Below are positions 36,342 to 47,158 of a stretch of DNA of 54,649 bases, piece after piece. Under the pieces are notes generated by a model. It had not been told where the DNA came from and ran no database searches. It saw only the letters and a program-made list of their open reading frames with translations. Source of the DNA: Bacteroidales bacterium. GTDB taxonomy: Bacteria > Bacteroidota > Bacteroidia > Bacteroidales > UBA4181. A program made the position numbers and the translations under genes. Numbering within the stretch: the first letter of the stretch is position 1; each line of letters starts with the position of its first letter. Location of the stretch: contig JAVBMZ010000088.1 of NCBI GenBank assembly GCA_031551935.1, positions 1 to 54,649 on the forward strand. Direction: 5' to 3'.

Positions 36342-38144
36342 ATGTTTAAAGGACACCCCAAAGGACTTTTCGTCGCATTTTTCACCAACATGGGCGAGCG
36401 TTTTGGCTTTTATACCATGATGGCTATTTTAGTGTTGTTTCTTCAGGCGCGTTATGGACTCACAACAGAATCTGCCGGAAATTATTACAGTTGGTTTTAT
36501 TATGCCATTTATGCCTTAGCGCTTATCGGCGGTATGTTGGCCGACTGGAGTAAGAAATACAAGATGGTTATTTTTGCAGGGCAGATCATTATGTTTGCCG
36601 GTTATTGTGTCATTGCCATTCCTGGGATGTCGCTCTATGGAACATTGGTAGCCCTGTTCATCATCGCCTTCGGAAATGGTTTATTCAAAGGTAACTTGCA
36701 GGCAGTTGTAGGGCAGTTGTACGACAACGAGAAGTACGCCAAAATACGTGATAATGCTTTCATGATTTTCTACATGGGGATCAATGTTGGTGCATTCTTT
36801 GCACCTTTCGTGGCAACAGGCATTCGTAATTGGTGGTTGAGGAGTAATGGTTTTGAGCATGATGGTAGCTTGCCGGCGTTGTGTCATCATTTTCTCGATG
36901 GAAAATTGCCCGATGCCTCACAATTACAAGAATTGGCTGACAAGGTCAGCGGGCAATCTGTAGCTGATCTGACTTCTTTTGCGCATCAATATTTAGATGT
37001 ATTTTCAAAGGGATATAATTACGCTTTTGCTATAGCCGCCGGCGCCATGATTGTTTCGTTGGCTATCTATCTTATTTTTAACAAATCGCTACCCACTGTC
37101 GAGAAAAAAGCGAAAGCAGAAAACGTGTCGAACGATAAAGCGCTCAAAGCAGGTAATAATGTAACGGCATTATTGATCTCATTGGGTTTGATTTTCGTAG
37201 TTGCTTTGCTATTCCATTTTGCAATGGGCGACTTCGCATTGGGTGCAGCCATGGGATTGTTCGTTGGTTTTGTATCCTTCATTTTCCAAATTTCCACTAA
37301 AGATGAGCGTCCACGCATTATGGCGCTGACATTGGTTTTTGTGGTAGTAGTTTTCTTTTGGATGTCTTTCCACCAGAATGGGTTGACATTAACATACTTT
37401 GCACGCGATTATACGGCTAAAGTCGTTTCCCCATTCACCAGCTTGTTTTTTAACCTTAACTCTTTACTTTGTGTGATTGGTACTATTTCCGGGCTTGTGT
37501 TGATGTTTGGTAAACGTAACAAAATATCTACCAAAGGTATCGGATTGGCTATGTTCGTTGTTTTTGGTTATTTGTGTTATCATTTCATCGCAGGCGCAGA
37601 GCCGTTAAATTCCATCAATCCGGAAGTATTCCAGGCATTTAACCCATTGTTTATTGTAGCGTTAACGCCTTTAGTGATGGGTGTGTTTGACTGGTTACGC
37701 AATAGAGACAAGGAGCCTTCGACGCCTCGGAAAATCGGTATCGGGATGATCATCGCAGCCGTAGGATTTGTAATCGTATTAATTGGATCCATCGGGCTGA
37801 TTGCTCCCAAGGATTTAGGCGGTGTAGATATTCCGGAAGATATGCGCGTCTCGCCATATTGGTTAATGAGTAGTTATTTAATTCTGACCATTGCCGAACT
37901 ATTCCTCAGTCCAATGGGGTTATCGTTTGTTTCGAAAGTTGCTCCCGTACGTTTCCAGGGATTGATGCAGGGCGGTTGGTTATTGGCAACAGCTACTGGT
38001 AATAAGTTACTCTTCATCGGAAGTTTCATGTGGGGCAGGGTGGAATTATATATGCTTTGGGGAATATTTGTGATTTGTTGTATGGTGTCGGCCATATTTA
38101 TTTTCTCTATCATGAAACGTCTTGAAAAAGCGACCAATGGATAA
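36342..38144 (+). CDS. Proton-dependent oligopeptide transporter (POT/PTR2 family)
   Basis: GHPKGLFVAFFTNMGERFGFYTMMAILVLFL matches the ExxERFxYY-type signature, and the protein has more than 12 TM helices. Confidence 0.85.
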   Translation: MFKGHPKGLFVAFFTNMGERFGFYTMMAILVLFLQARYGLTTESAGNYYSWFYYAIYALALIGGMLADWSKKYKMVIFAGQIIMFAGYCVIAIPGMSLYGTLVALFIIAFGNGLFKGNLQAVVGQLYDNEKYAKIRDNAFMIFYMGINVGAFFAPFVATGIRNWWLRSNGFEHDGSLPALCHHFLDGKLPDASQLQELADKVSGQSVADLTSFAHQYLDVFSKGYNYAFAIAAGAMIVSLAIYLIFNKSLPTVEKKAKAENVSNDKALKAGNNVTALLISLGLIFVVALLFHFAMGDFALGAAMGLFVGFVSFIFQISTKDERPRIMALTLVFVVVVFFWMSFHQNGLTLTYFARDYTAKVVSPFTSLFFNLNSLLCVIGTISGLVLMFGKRNKISTKGIGLAMFVVFGYLCYHFIAGAEPLNSINPEVFQAFNPLFIVALTPLVMGVFDWLRNRDKEPSTPRKIGIGMIIAAVGFVIVLIGSIGLIAPKDLGGVDIPEDMRVSPYWLMSSYLILTIAELFLSPMGLSFVSKVAPVRFQGLMQGGWLLATATGNKLLFIGSFMWGRVELYMLWGIFVICCMVSAIFIFSIMKRLEKATNG

Positions 38145-38171
38145 GCCGGTGACAAATGGTATTTCGTCATC

Positions 38172-38942
38172 ATGAATAAAATTCGTATTTCCGCCATATC
38201 CTATCTCAACTCCCTGCCGTTTGCCTATTGTCTGGAACATTCGGCCATCGTGGATGAGATCGAGTTGTCCTATGATATCCCCTCGCAATGTGCTGACAAA
38301 CTGTTGTCAGACAAGGCTGATATTGGATTGATCCCTATTGTGGAGACGTTACGCATGCCGGAATATTATATTGTTTCCAATTTGTGCATTGGGGCCAACG
38401 ATGCGGTACGAACAGTAATATTGGCCAGCGATGTGCCGTTACAGGAAATTTCAACCATATACCTGGATAGCCATTCGCGCACATCGGTGATGCTGGCAAA
38501 AATATTGGCTCGTCATTATTGGAAAATTACACCGGAATGGGTACACTATTCAGGGGATATTACAAAATTTCCTCTACATCAACAAGCAGCAGCGGTAATT
38601 ATTGGTGATAAGGCATTTGAAATTGAATTGCCCTATATCTACGATTTAGCAAGCGAATGGAAAAAATTTACCGGATTACCGTTCGTTTTTGCTTGTTGGG
38701 TTGCCAATAAACAAGTTGATAAAGAATTTATTAATCGGTTTGATCAAGCAATGAATTTCATGCTTGCCAACATGTTTGTTATTGTGGAGCATTATAAAAA
38801 TATTACACCTATTGGAGTAGACTTATTGGAGTATTGGACAAATAACATTAGTTATCCGCTCACTGATGATAAACGCAGAGGATTGGAATTGTTTTTACAA
38901 TATGCCAAAGAGATGATGCAAACAGGCAATATTACGCCATAA
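38172..38942 (+). CDS. mqnA: Chorismate dehydratase MqnA (futalosine menaquinone pathway)
   Basis: N-terminus IRISAISYLNSLPF, with family-typical length and layout. Confidence 0.65.
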   Translation: MNKIRISAISYLNSLPFAYCLEHSAIVDEIELSYDIPSQCADKLLSDKADIGLIPIVETLRMPEYYIVSNLCIGANDAVRTVILASDVPLQEISTIYLDSHSRTSVMLAKILARHYWKITPEWVHYSGDITKFPLHQQAAAVIIGDKAFEIELPYIYDLASEWKKFTGLPFVFACWVANKQVDKEFINRFDQAMNFMLANMFVIVEHYKNITPIGVDLLEYWTNNISYPLTDDKRRGLELFLQYAKEMMQTGNITP

Positions 38943-39048
38943 ATGATAATTTTTGTTAAGACAAAGATAAAGTCAGCATTAGTTATTACTTTTGTGGCTG
39001 TACAGTTGTTTTTGTAACCACATCATCGAAACAATTTCAATATTTCCA

Positions 39049-40488
39049 ATGACCAGATTCATCGTCCACTTCCAATTGCTGTCGGCACGTTTCTACATAG
39101 TTATGTTGTGTTTGTTGACCATGTTATGTGGTTCATTCTGTCCGGCCAAGGCAAATGACAGCATAGCCTCAAGTAAAACAGTGTATGTATTCGACCTCAA
39201 GCAAGAGATTGGGCCGGCTACATGGCGTACTACCATGCAGAGCATTGATCATGCGGTTGAGATGAAAGCCAAGCTCATCATTATCCATATGAATACTTAC
39301 GGTGGAATGGTAGATGCAGCCGATTCCATCCGTACCAAAATACTCAACTGTCCGATTCCTGTGTACGTTTTTGTGGATAACAATGCCATTTCGGCCGGTG
39401 CATTGATCGCGATTGCTGCCGACAAAATATACATGCGCGAAGGCGCCAGCATCGGTGCAGCAACTGTTGTGCACCAAACCGGGGAAGCCGCTCCGGATAA
39501 ATACCAATCGTTTATGCGATCGATGATGCGTGCTACTGCCGAAGCGCATGGAAAAGATACAGTCATTACAGGAAAAGATACCGTATACCGCTGGCGACGC
39601 GATCCACAAATAGCCGAAGCGATGGTAGATCCGCGTGTTTTCATCAAAGGAGTCATTGATTCTACAAAAGTGCTGACTTTAACGGTAGACGAGGCTATCA
39701 GGCTACGTTATTGCGAAGGTAAAGCAGAAAAAATAGAAGATATTTTGACAGCCAACCATATGAGCGATTATCAGGTATCTCATCATGTATTGACGCCATT
39801 GGAAAAGATCATACAGTTTCTGATGAACCCGTACTTGCAAAGTATCCTGATTATGGTCATTATTGGCGGAATCTATTTCGAGTTGCAGACACCGGGCATT
39901 GGATTTCCCCTGGCTGCTGCTGTTACGGCAGCATTGCTCTATTTCGCTCCACTCTACCTTGAAGGCATTGCCAATAACTGGGAATTATTGGTCTTTTTTA
40001 CTGGTCTAATCTTGATTGGGGTGGAAATATTTGCCTTACCAGGGTTTGGTGTGGCGGGTATTTCTGGGATCATTCTGATGGTATTGGGCCTTAGCTTGGC
40101 CATGGTGGACAATATCATTTTCGAATGGGATTTTACTGCCGGATTGGTTGCTGTTTTCAAATCCATTTGTATTGTCATTGCTTCTGCTGCTGCCGCATTA
40201 ATCCTTTCGATATGGCTCGGCAAATCTTTCCTTGATAACCCGCGATTGAAAAGGGTAATGCTTCAAGCCGAACAAAAAAGCTCGGAAGGATATGTTAGTT
40301 TCGACGATTTATCGGGTATGATAGGTACTACCGGAACGGCTCGTTCTATGTTGCGTCCCGCAGGAAAAGTCGATATTGACGGGCGACTGTATGATGCCAT
40401 TTGCGAAATCGGATATATCAACCCGGGTGAACAAGTAAAGGTTGTCCGTTATGAAACCGGTCAGTTATATGTCATCAAAATAAGTTAA
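39049..40488 (+). CDS. NfeD-family membrane-bound ClpP-class serine protease (long form)
   Basis: ClpP-like N-domain (IIIHMNTYGGMVDAA...ISAGALIAIAADKIYM), central TM block, and a C-terminal OB-fold (GTARSMLRPAGKVDIDGRLYDA). I prefer the ATG at 39049 over the TTG at 38992. Confidence 0.8.
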   Translation: MTRFIVHFQLLSARFYIVMLCLLTMLCGSFCPAKANDSIASSKTVYVFDLKQEIGPATWRTTMQSIDHAVEMKAKLIIIHMNTYGGMVDAADSIRTKILNCPIPVYVFVDNNAISAGALIAIAADKIYMREGASIGAATVVHQTGEAAPDKYQSFMRSMMRATAEAHGKDTVITGKDTVYRWRRDPQIAEAMVDPRVFIKGVIDSTKVLTLTVDEAIRLRYCEGKAEKIEDILTANHMSDYQVSHHVLTPLEKIIQFLMNPYLQSILIMVIIGGIYFELQTPGIGFPLAAAVTAALLYFAPLYLEGIANNWELLVFFTGLILIGVEIFALPGFGVAGISGIILMVLGLSLAMVDNIIFEWDFTAGLVAVFKSICIVIASAAAALILSIWLGKSFLDNPRLKRVMLQAEQKSSEGYVSFDDLSGMIGTTGTARSMLRPAGKVDIDGRLYDAICEIGYINPGEQVKVVRYETGQLYVIKIS

Positions 40489-40497
40489 TACCATACC

Positions 40498-41208
40498 ATG
40501 ACATCCATCAATATATTGCTAGCGACGGCAGCCAGTGCAGCTTTCATACATACCCTTCTGGGGCCAGATCATTATGTGCCGTTTATTGTCATGTCCAAAG
40601 CTCGGAAATGGAACCTTGGCCGTACTTTGCTCACGACTCTATATTGTGGAGTAGGGCATGTAGCCAGTTCGGTCATCATTGGTTTTATTGGTATAGCCTT
40701 GGGAATAGGCATTTATCATATTGAGGGATTCGAATCGTTCCGCGGGAATTTGGCCGGATGGGCTTTTTTTATTTTTGGTTTTGCATACATGTCTTGGGGA
40801 ATCTTCAAGGCTATCAAAAATAAACCACATACACATGTTCATCTGCACGAAGGGGGAAACACACATGTACATGAACATACGCATCATACCGAACATGCAC
40901 ATGTGCATGTTAAAAAGAATACCAAAAGCCTTACGCCATGGGTATTGTTTATTATTTTTGTTTTAGGACCATGCGAAATCCTGATACCTTTGGTGATGTA
41001 TCCTGCGGCACAGCATAATACCAGTGGCGTACTTGCAGTTACTTTGTTGTTTTCCACGATTACTGTAATGACCATGTGTGCAGCGGTAACGGTGGGATAT
41101 TATGGTCTTAAAATCCTGCCCACCGCGAATATTGATCGGTTCATGCATGCTATTGCAGGCGGAACTATTTGTTTGAGTGGATTTGCTATTCTGTTCTTGG
41201 GCTTGTAA
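40498..41208 (+). CDS. HupE/UreJ- or NicO-like metal-ion (Ni/Co-type) transporter with a His-rich loop
   Basis: HTLLGPDH fits the HxxxGxDH signature. The central loop is HTHVHLHEGGNTHVHEHTHHTEHAHVHV, and there are about 6 TM helices. Confidence 0.5.
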   Translation: MTSINILLATAASAAFIHTLLGPDHYVPFIVMSKARKWNLGRTLLTTLYCGVGHVASSVIIGFIGIALGIGIYHIEGFESFRGNLAGWAFFIFGFAYMSWGIFKAIKNKPHTHVHLHEGGNTHVHEHTHHTEHAHVHVKKNTKSLTPWVLFIIFVLGPCEILIPLVMYPAAQHNTSGVLAVTLLFSTITVMTMCAAVTVGYYGLKILPTANIDRFMHAIAGGTICLSGFAILFLGL

Positions 41209-41317
41209 AGACGGACAACACAATTACAATATCGACGCTTTAATAAATAAGATTGGTAAATGTTAACTTTCTACAAATAAGCAAATATATTCAATCATCA
41301 TTAGTCAATTACTTAGC

Positions 41318-42487
41318 ATGTATCCCTTTTCGTTTTTCGACGAAGTTGTCAACCGGTATGGTACGCACTCTATTAAATTTGATGCGCTGAACCATATTTT
41401 TGGCGAACCGGATGTGTTGCCGATGTGGGTGGCTGATATGGATTTTCGCGTAGCCACCGAAATATCCGACGCTATAAAAGCTCGTGCAGAACACGATATT
41501 TATGGTTATACATTTCATCCGCCATCTTTTTTCCAGTCGGCTGTCGAATGGGTTCAACGTCGTCACAATTGGACTATTCAACCGGAATGGCTTTCCTTTT
41601 CACCAGGTATTGTTCCTGCACTGAACCTATGCATGTTGGCGTATACCGAACCAGGTGATAAAGTAGTGATACAAACGCCCGTTTACCATCCGTTTTATAC
41701 CGCTATCAGCGACCATGGCCGTGAAGTGGTTTGCAATCCGCTTGTCAAATCGGGCAATGGCTATGAGATGGACTTCGATCATTTGGAACATCAAATCGAC
41801 CAGCAAACCAAGATGCTGATTTTGTGTCATCCGCATAATCCGGTTGGTAGCGTGTGGACACAGCAAGAATTAGAGCGCTTGGCTGATATTTGTGTTTGTC
41901 ATCGGTTAATTGTGGTGTGCGATATGATTCATTCCGATTTAATCCTGAATAACCAGGCATGCCCTTCGTTTGCAGGAATTTCCCCAGAAATTGCAGCACT
42001 TACCGTATCGCTTATTGCACCAAGTAAAACATTCAACCTTGCGGGTTTGAGTTCTTCATTGATGTTTACATCCAATGTCGTATTGAAGACAAAATTCGAT
42101 CAGGTGAGAGACGGGCTGCATGTTGGTTTAGGAAATGTTTTTGGAACAATTGCCCTTGAAGCCGCATACAAACATGGTGATGCATGGTTAGACGGTTTAT
42201 TGACATATCTCAATGCCAATTTCGATATATTAGACGAATGGATCAACCATTCTTCATATGTACAGTACATTCGTCCCCAAGGAACCTATTTGGCCTGGCT
42301 GGATTTTTCTCCTTCCGGTTTGTCGGGCGACCAATTATATGATACTATCATTCATAGAGCAAAAGTAGGCATGAACAAGGGTTTGGAATTTGGCACTGAA
42401 GGGGAGTCCTTCATGCGGATGAATGTCGGTTGTCCGGCTTCAATTGTCCGGAAGGCCATCCAACAAATCGATGCAGTGATGAAATAG
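41318..42487 (+). CDS. patB: PatB/MalY-type PLP-dependent C-S lyase (cystathionine beta-lyase-like aminotransferase class I/II)
   Basis: SIKFD...DVLPMWVADMDF and the PLP-lysine block APSKTFNLAG. Confidence 0.8.
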   Translation: MYPFSFFDEVVNRYGTHSIKFDALNHIFGEPDVLPMWVADMDFRVATEISDAIKARAEHDIYGYTFHPPSFFQSAVEWVQRRHNWTIQPEWLSFSPGIVPALNLCMLAYTEPGDKVVIQTPVYHPFYTAISDHGREVVCNPLVKSGNGYEMDFDHLEHQIDQQTKMLILCHPHNPVGSVWTQQELERLADICVCHRLIVVCDMIHSDLILNNQACPSFAGISPEIAALTVSLIAPSKTFNLAGLSSSLMFTSNVVLKTKFDQVRDGLHVGLGNVFGTIALEAAYKHGDAWLDGLLTYLNANFDILDEWINHSSYVQYIRPQGTYLAWLDFSPSGLSGDQLYDTIIHRAKVGMNKGLEFGTEGESFMRMNVGCPASIVRKAIQQIDAVMK

Positions 42488-42526
42488 ATCGTTTGACTGA
42501 TAGATATAAGAAAAAACATTACACCA

Positions 42527-43213
42527 TTGAATTCAACAAAATACCATCGTATTGCTGCCTTCATTTTCGACATGGACGGAGTGATTGTCGACAACAGCAA
42601 ATACCATAATTTATCGTGGATTGAGTTTTGTAACAGGCATGGCAAACATGTTACTTCTCAGGAAATAGAAGATCGTTTCGGAAATACCAATATCGAATAT
42701 ATCCGGCATATTTTTGGAAGTGACGCTACTGAGGAGGACGCTATCCGTTATGGGGAAGAGAAGGAAAAGATCTATCGCGAAATGTTTGCTGCTTACCTGC
42801 GTCCTGCAAGAGGTTTGGTTACCTTACTCGAACAAGCAGCTGAAAAAAATATCCCATGTGCAATAGCAACTGCTGCACCCACTTCAAATGTCGATTTTGT
42901 ATTAGATGGAACCCATGTTCGTGGCTATTTCCGTCTGATTGTAGATGCGGATCAGGTGATTAAGGGGAAACCCGATCCTGAGATATATCTCACTACGGCA
43001 GCCTTGCTTGGAGTTGATCCTGAAGATTGTGTTGTTTTCGAAGATTCAATTTTCGGCATACAATCTGGAAAAGCGGCTGGAATGAAAGTTGTGGCCATCG
43101 CCAGCACGTATCCTGTGTCAAAAATACAAGCTGAAACATCTCCAGATATGATTGTCAACAGTCTTGAAGCATTAGATATTAGCAAGATCGAAAGCTTGTA
43201 TACAGATGAATAG
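42527..43213 (+). CDS. HAD-superfamily hydrolase, beta-phosphoglucomutase-like
   Basis: Motif I FIFDMDGVIVDN and motif IV VVFEDSIFGIQSGKAAGM. A TTG start is required because the first ATG lies inside motif I. Confidence 0.8.
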   Translation: MNSTKYHRIAAFIFDMDGVIVDNSKYHNLSWIEFCNRHGKHVTSQEIEDRFGNTNIEYIRHIFGSDATEEDAIRYGEEKEKIYREMFAAYLRPARGLVTLLEQAAEKNIPCAIATAAPTSNVDFVLDGTHVRGYFRLIVDADQVIKGKPDPEIYLTTAALLGVDPEDCVVFEDSIFGIQSGKAAGMKVVAIASTYPVSKIQAETSPDMIVNSLEALDISKIESLYTDE

Positions 43214-43691
43214 CATGATACATTTCATCTTTCTAAATAAATATATCTCCCCTTCTGGGATGCGAATGCTTTGGTTGGTAGCATTAACGGTAGTTGTACT
43301 GTCTTTTTTTTGGCTATGGCGCGTCTATCGCCGTCATAAAAATAATCCGTTACGTATCAAAAAATGGATCTGGTATTCGGGAGGATTGAAAATGTCGGTG
43401 AACGTTCGCAACATTCGTGGAAAAGTGGTCGAAATAAATACGCCGGAGATTGAGTTTCTCCAGCCACACATGGGAAAGCGGCGGTTTAAAATTGTGACTC
43501 CTGGTGACAAAAATATTTTTCCGCTTGGCCTGTCGCCACAGACCAGTTATGACTTTGTCGTGGAATTTACCCGACTGTACGAACGCGAACCTATTTTGAG
43601 AAAGTACCGGCAAGCAGTTATCTGGGTGAAAGACAGGGACGGGAAAACGATTACCAAAAAGAAAGTGAAAATATCGCTGCCATCATCTTGA
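43206..43691 (+). CDS. Hypothetical membrane-anchored protein
   Basis: 161-aa ORF overlapping the HAD stop by 8 nt (ATGAATAG), with TM segment MLWLVALTVVVLSFFWLW. Confidence 0.5.
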   Translation: MNSMIHFIFLNKYISPSGMRMLWLVALTVVVLSFFWLWRVYRRHKNNPLRIKKWIWYSGGLKMSVNVRNIRGKVVEINTPEIEFLQPHMGKRRFKIVTPGDKNIFPLGLSPQTSYDFVVEFTRLYEREPILRKYRQAVIWVKDRDGKTITKKKVKISLPSS

Positions 43692-43746
43692 TAACAAAAT
43701 CATCAATAGTTGAATTTCTTCTAATGTATTCTGTTCATTATTAATA

Positions 43747-43784
43747 ATTTACAAAACATACCGACCAGTCGGTATGTTTTGTAA
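43747..43784. terminator. Palindrome P1 (CCGACCAGTCGG core), a bidirectional intrinsic terminator
   Basis: TTTACAAAACATACCGAC-CA-GTCGGTATGTTTTGTAAA. The stem CATACCGAC/GTCGGTATG is followed by TTTTGT on both strands. Confidence 0.7.
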
Positions 43785-43921
43785 AAGACAAATATCTGCC
43801 AATCAGAAAAATCTGTATTAAAGTAATGAACCCTGCATCAATGAGTGATGCGTCTATGCGCAGGGTTTCTTTCGTCAAACCGATATCCTGATTTATTCAA
43901 TGATAACCGGTTGACAAACTG

Positions 43922-46900
43922 TCAATCATCCATCCCAGCGTACCATTTGCTTGCCTTTTTGTCCCTCAGGTATTTCTTTTTGTATGCGAAATAGAATACT
44001 TGCGGCAGCACACTAAACGATAAAATCATCGAAATAATCATTCCGCCTACAATCATGATAGCCAGTGGTTTTTGTATCTCCGATCCCATGCTTTGCGACA
44101 TGGCAGCAGGCAATAATCCCATCGAACCCATCAGGGCAATCATCAGGACAGGGCGTACACGGCTTGAAACTGCTGAGGAAATAGCTCGTTTGAGATCACG
44201 CATAGTACGCAAGTTGTTTTTGATGACAGCAATCAGCAGGATGCTGTTGATGGCTGTGACTCCGAATAAAATAATAAACCCTATACCTGCCGATATACCG
44301 AAAACGGTACCTGTAACCCACAGTGATATAAACCCGCCGATGAAAGCGTAAGGGATGGCGCTGGCCGCAATTAGGGTGTCTTTCACTGTGCCAAAGTTCA
44401 TGTAAAGCAGAAATAGAATGAGCAACAGCACGGCAGGCACGATGACTGCCAAGCGTTTCGTGGCGCGTTCCTTACTTTCGAATTCGCCCGCCCATACGAT
44501 TTTATTTTCGGATCGTAGCTTTATGGCATCCTTCACCTTGGTTTGTGCTTCGGCAATAGTGCTGCCCAGGTCACGTCCGCGGATACTGAACCCCACGCCC
44601 ACATATCGGCTACTACCTTCGCGGTAGATGAACGTAGGGCCGGTGAAGAACTGTATGTCCGCGATTTCTTTCAAAGGGACATGTTTGCCATCCTGTGTAG
44701 GAATAAGTATGTTGCCGATTTTCGTTTCGTCATTACGGTATTCTTCCTGAAAACGTAAACGGACGTCGAAGGTACGTTCATCTTCGTAGAACTTGGTCGC
44801 TGCCTTTCCGCCGATGGCCATTTCCACTACGGCCTGTGCATCAGCCATCGAAATAGCGTAACGCGCCATACGCGCCTCATCAAGTTTGATTTGCAGTTCC
44901 GGTAGTCCTACGCTGCGGTATACATTGATGTCCTCTATGCCGCGTACATCACGAATGATAGTGGCTACCTCGTTTGCCATACCTTCCAACTGGAATAAAT
45001 CGTTGCCAAAGATCTTAATGACCAGCGAACTTTTTACTCCGGCTACATATTCCTCTACATTGTCCTGTATCGGTTGACTAAAACCAAAGTTAATGCCGGG
45101 ATATACATCGAGCGTCTGTTGCAACTCGTCAGTCAGCTCGTTTTTTTTGATCTTGCGCTTCCAATCTTTTTCGGGTTTTAACTGGATATGAAATTCGATA
45201 TTAAAGAAACCTGTGGGGTCGGTGCCATCGTTGGGGCGGCCTGTTTGTGAAAGGATAAATTGAACCTCATCAAAAGCGCGTAACTTTGCTTTCATTTCTT
45301 TGGTAAGCCGCACCGATTCATCCAGATTAATACTGTTGGGCAAGGTGGCACGCACATAAACCGCACCTTCGTTGAGTTGCGGTATAAACTCAGTGCCATA
45401 GTTCATGAACCGTACTACACAAACAGCCAGCAATACGCAGAAAGCTATGATCACTGTGCGCTTGTAACGCGCACTGATTTCGTACAGCCAATAACTCCAT
45501 TTGATACAGAAACTGCTTACGATATTATGTTTGTCGCGGATGGATTTGGTGAGAAGTACCTTGCACATCACGGGAACGTATGTCAAACTCAATATCAATG
45601 ACCCCAAAAGTGCATATCCCAGTGTGAATGCCAATGGTGAAAACATCTTGCCTTCCACTTTCTGAAATGAAAAGATAGGCAATAGAGCGACCATCAGGAT
45701 GACTTGGGCAAAGAAAATATATGATGCCACACTTCCTGCGCTACGCTTGATGAGTCCGGCTTTTAAGATTTTGTCATAACGTTCGGGACCTAATTCTTTT
45801 GTCTTCATTTCCATTTCTACAAATACCCTCTCCACAATGACTAATGTACCCTCAAGCAATAGTCCAAAATCAAGAGCACCCATCGAAATGAGGTTGGCCG
45901 GAAGCCCTTGTATCCGCAACATGATGATGGCAAAAAGGAATGACATGGGAATAACGGTGGCTACGATAAGTGTGGTGCGCCAGTTGAACAGGAACAGGAA
46001 TACAACGAACGACACAAGGAGAACGCCTTCGAGCAGATTGCGGCTCACGGTATGTACGGTAGCATCTACCAGTGTGGTACGGTCGAGAAATGAATGAATG
46101 CGTACATCAGCAGGTAGGATGCGGTCGTTCAACTCGTCAATTTTTACCTTGAGATTCTTAATCACTTCGCCTGGGTTCTGCCCACGTAGCATAATCACAA
46201 TGCCCTGTACCACATCATCGGCATCGTCGAGTCCCACCTGACCCAGTCGGGGCATGGAAGACACGCTTACCGTAGCTACTTGCTTCACGCGTACCGGCGT
46301 GGATCCTTTCACCTGTATGAGGGTATTTTCGATGTCTTCGATGCTTTCAAGCAAGCCGATACCACGTACGACATAAGCCTGATCGCCTTTTTGGATGATG
46401 TCTCCACCTACGTTAATATTACTTTTCGATACGGCTTCATACACTTCCAGCGGAGAAAGATCATAATTATTCAGCTCCACGGGATTCACCCGTATCTCAT
46501 AAATCTTTTCCTCGCCGCCAAAGCTGACAATGTTCGCTACACTGGGAACAGCAAGCAATTCACGTTCAACTACCCACTCATTGATGGCGGCAATTTCGCG
46601 TATCGGGCGCGGACTTTTCAATACATATCGGTAAATCTCGCCTGTGGCTCCTGACGGTGGTTCAATACCAGGATCGGCACCTTCGGGCAGATCGAGTTCT
46701 TGCATACGATTGGAAGCATATTGCTGGGCAAAGAAATCATCCACGTCATCTTCAAAAATGACGGTAACTACAGACAACCCGAACAACGAAGTCGAACGGA
46801 CTTCAGCTTTTCTCGGTATGGTGTTCATGACGCGCATCACCGGAAGGGTGATGAATTTTTCTACTTCTTCGGCACTGCGGCCAGGCCATTGCGTGATAAT

Positions 46901-47053
46901 GCGTGCACGGGTATTGGTAACGTCCGGATATGCCTCTATGGGTGTATGGATGTAGCTGATGATACCCGCTACTACCAATAAACCGGACAGGAACAACACT
47001 AAAACGTGATTGCACAAGGCAAAGGCGACTATATTTTGTACGAACTTATGCAT
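43922..47053 (-). CDS. czcA: CusA/CzcA-family heavy-metal efflux RND permease
   Basis: About 1040 aa with 12-TM RND architecture. The N-terminus MHKFVQNIVAFALCNHVLVLFLSGLLVVAG is typical of the family. The TTG-extended track start at 47164 reads through a repeat-like spacer and I rejected it. Confidence 0.9.
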   Translation of the reverse strand: MHKFVQNIVAFALCNHVLVLFLSGLLVVAGIISYIHTPIEAYPDVTNTRARIITQWPGRSAEEVEKFITLPVMRVMNTIPRKAEVRSTSLFGLSVVTVIFEDDVDDFFAQQYASNRMQELDLPEGADPGIEPPSGATGEIYRYVLKSPRPIREIAAINEWVVERELLAVPSVANIVSFGGEEKIYEIRVNPVELNNYDLSPLEVYEAVSKSNINVGGDIIQKGDQAYVVRGIGLLESIEDIENTLIQVKGSTPVRVKQVATVSVSSMPRLGQVGLDDADDVVQGIVIMLRGQNPGEVIKNLKVKIDELNDRILPADVRIHSFLDRTTLVDATVHTVSRNLLEGVLLVSFVVFLFLFNWRTTLIVATVIPMSFLFAIIMLRIQGLPANLISMGALDFGLLLEGTLVIVERVFVEMEMKTKELGPERYDKILKAGLIKRSAGSVASYIFFAQVILMVALLPIFSFQKVEGKMFSPLAFTLGYALLGSLILSLTYVPVMCKVLLTKSIRDKHNIVSSFCIKWSYWLYEISARYKRTVIIAFCVLLAVCVVRFMNYGTEFIPQLNEGAVYVRATLPNSINLDESVRLTKEMKAKLRAFDEVQFILSQTGRPNDGTDPTGFFNIEFHIQLKPEKDWKRKIKKNELTDELQQTLDVYPGINFGFSQPIQDNVEEYVAGVKSSLVIKIFGNDLFQLEGMANEVATIIRDVRGIEDINVYRSVGLPELQIKLDEARMARYAISMADAQAVVEMAIGGKAATKFYEDERTFDVRLRFQEEYRNDETKIGNILIPTQDGKHVPLKEIADIQFFTGPTFIYREGSSRYVGVGFSIRGRDLGSTIAEAQTKVKDAIKLRSENKIVWAGEFESKERATKRLAVIVPAVLLLILFLLYMNFGTVKDTLIAASAIPYAFIGGFISLWVTGTVFGISAGIGFIILFGVTAINSILLIAVIKNNLRTMRDLKRAISSAVSSRVRPVLMIALMGSMGLLPAAMSQSMGSEIQKPLAIMIVGGMIISMILSFSVLPQVFYFAYKKKYLRDKKASKWYAGMDD

Positions 47054-47137
47054 TTCTTGATTTTTGATTTTCAATTGTTGAATCGTTGATTTGTTGAATC
47101 CCGCAACATTTGTGAAATGTCCTCTCCTTCTCCATTT

Positions 47138-47158
47138 GGGGGGGAGGGAGGGGTGGGG
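47138..47158 (+). other. Canonical G-quadruplex motif (G7-A-G3-A-G4-T-G4) in the czcB-czcA spacer
   Basis: GGGGGGGAGGGAGGGGTGGGG has four G-runs of at least 3 with 1-nt loops. It is preceded by the pyrimidine tract CCTCTCCTTCTCC. Confidence 0.7.

Noticed and set aside
39169-41223. Antisense ORFs inside the NfeD and His-rich transporter genes (39169..39609, 39297..39656, 39954..40223, 40639..40908, 40963..41223)
   Set aside because: They overlap well-supported plus-strand genes. Their His/Met/Cys-rich translations are reverse-complement artefacts of the CAT/CAC-rich His loop.
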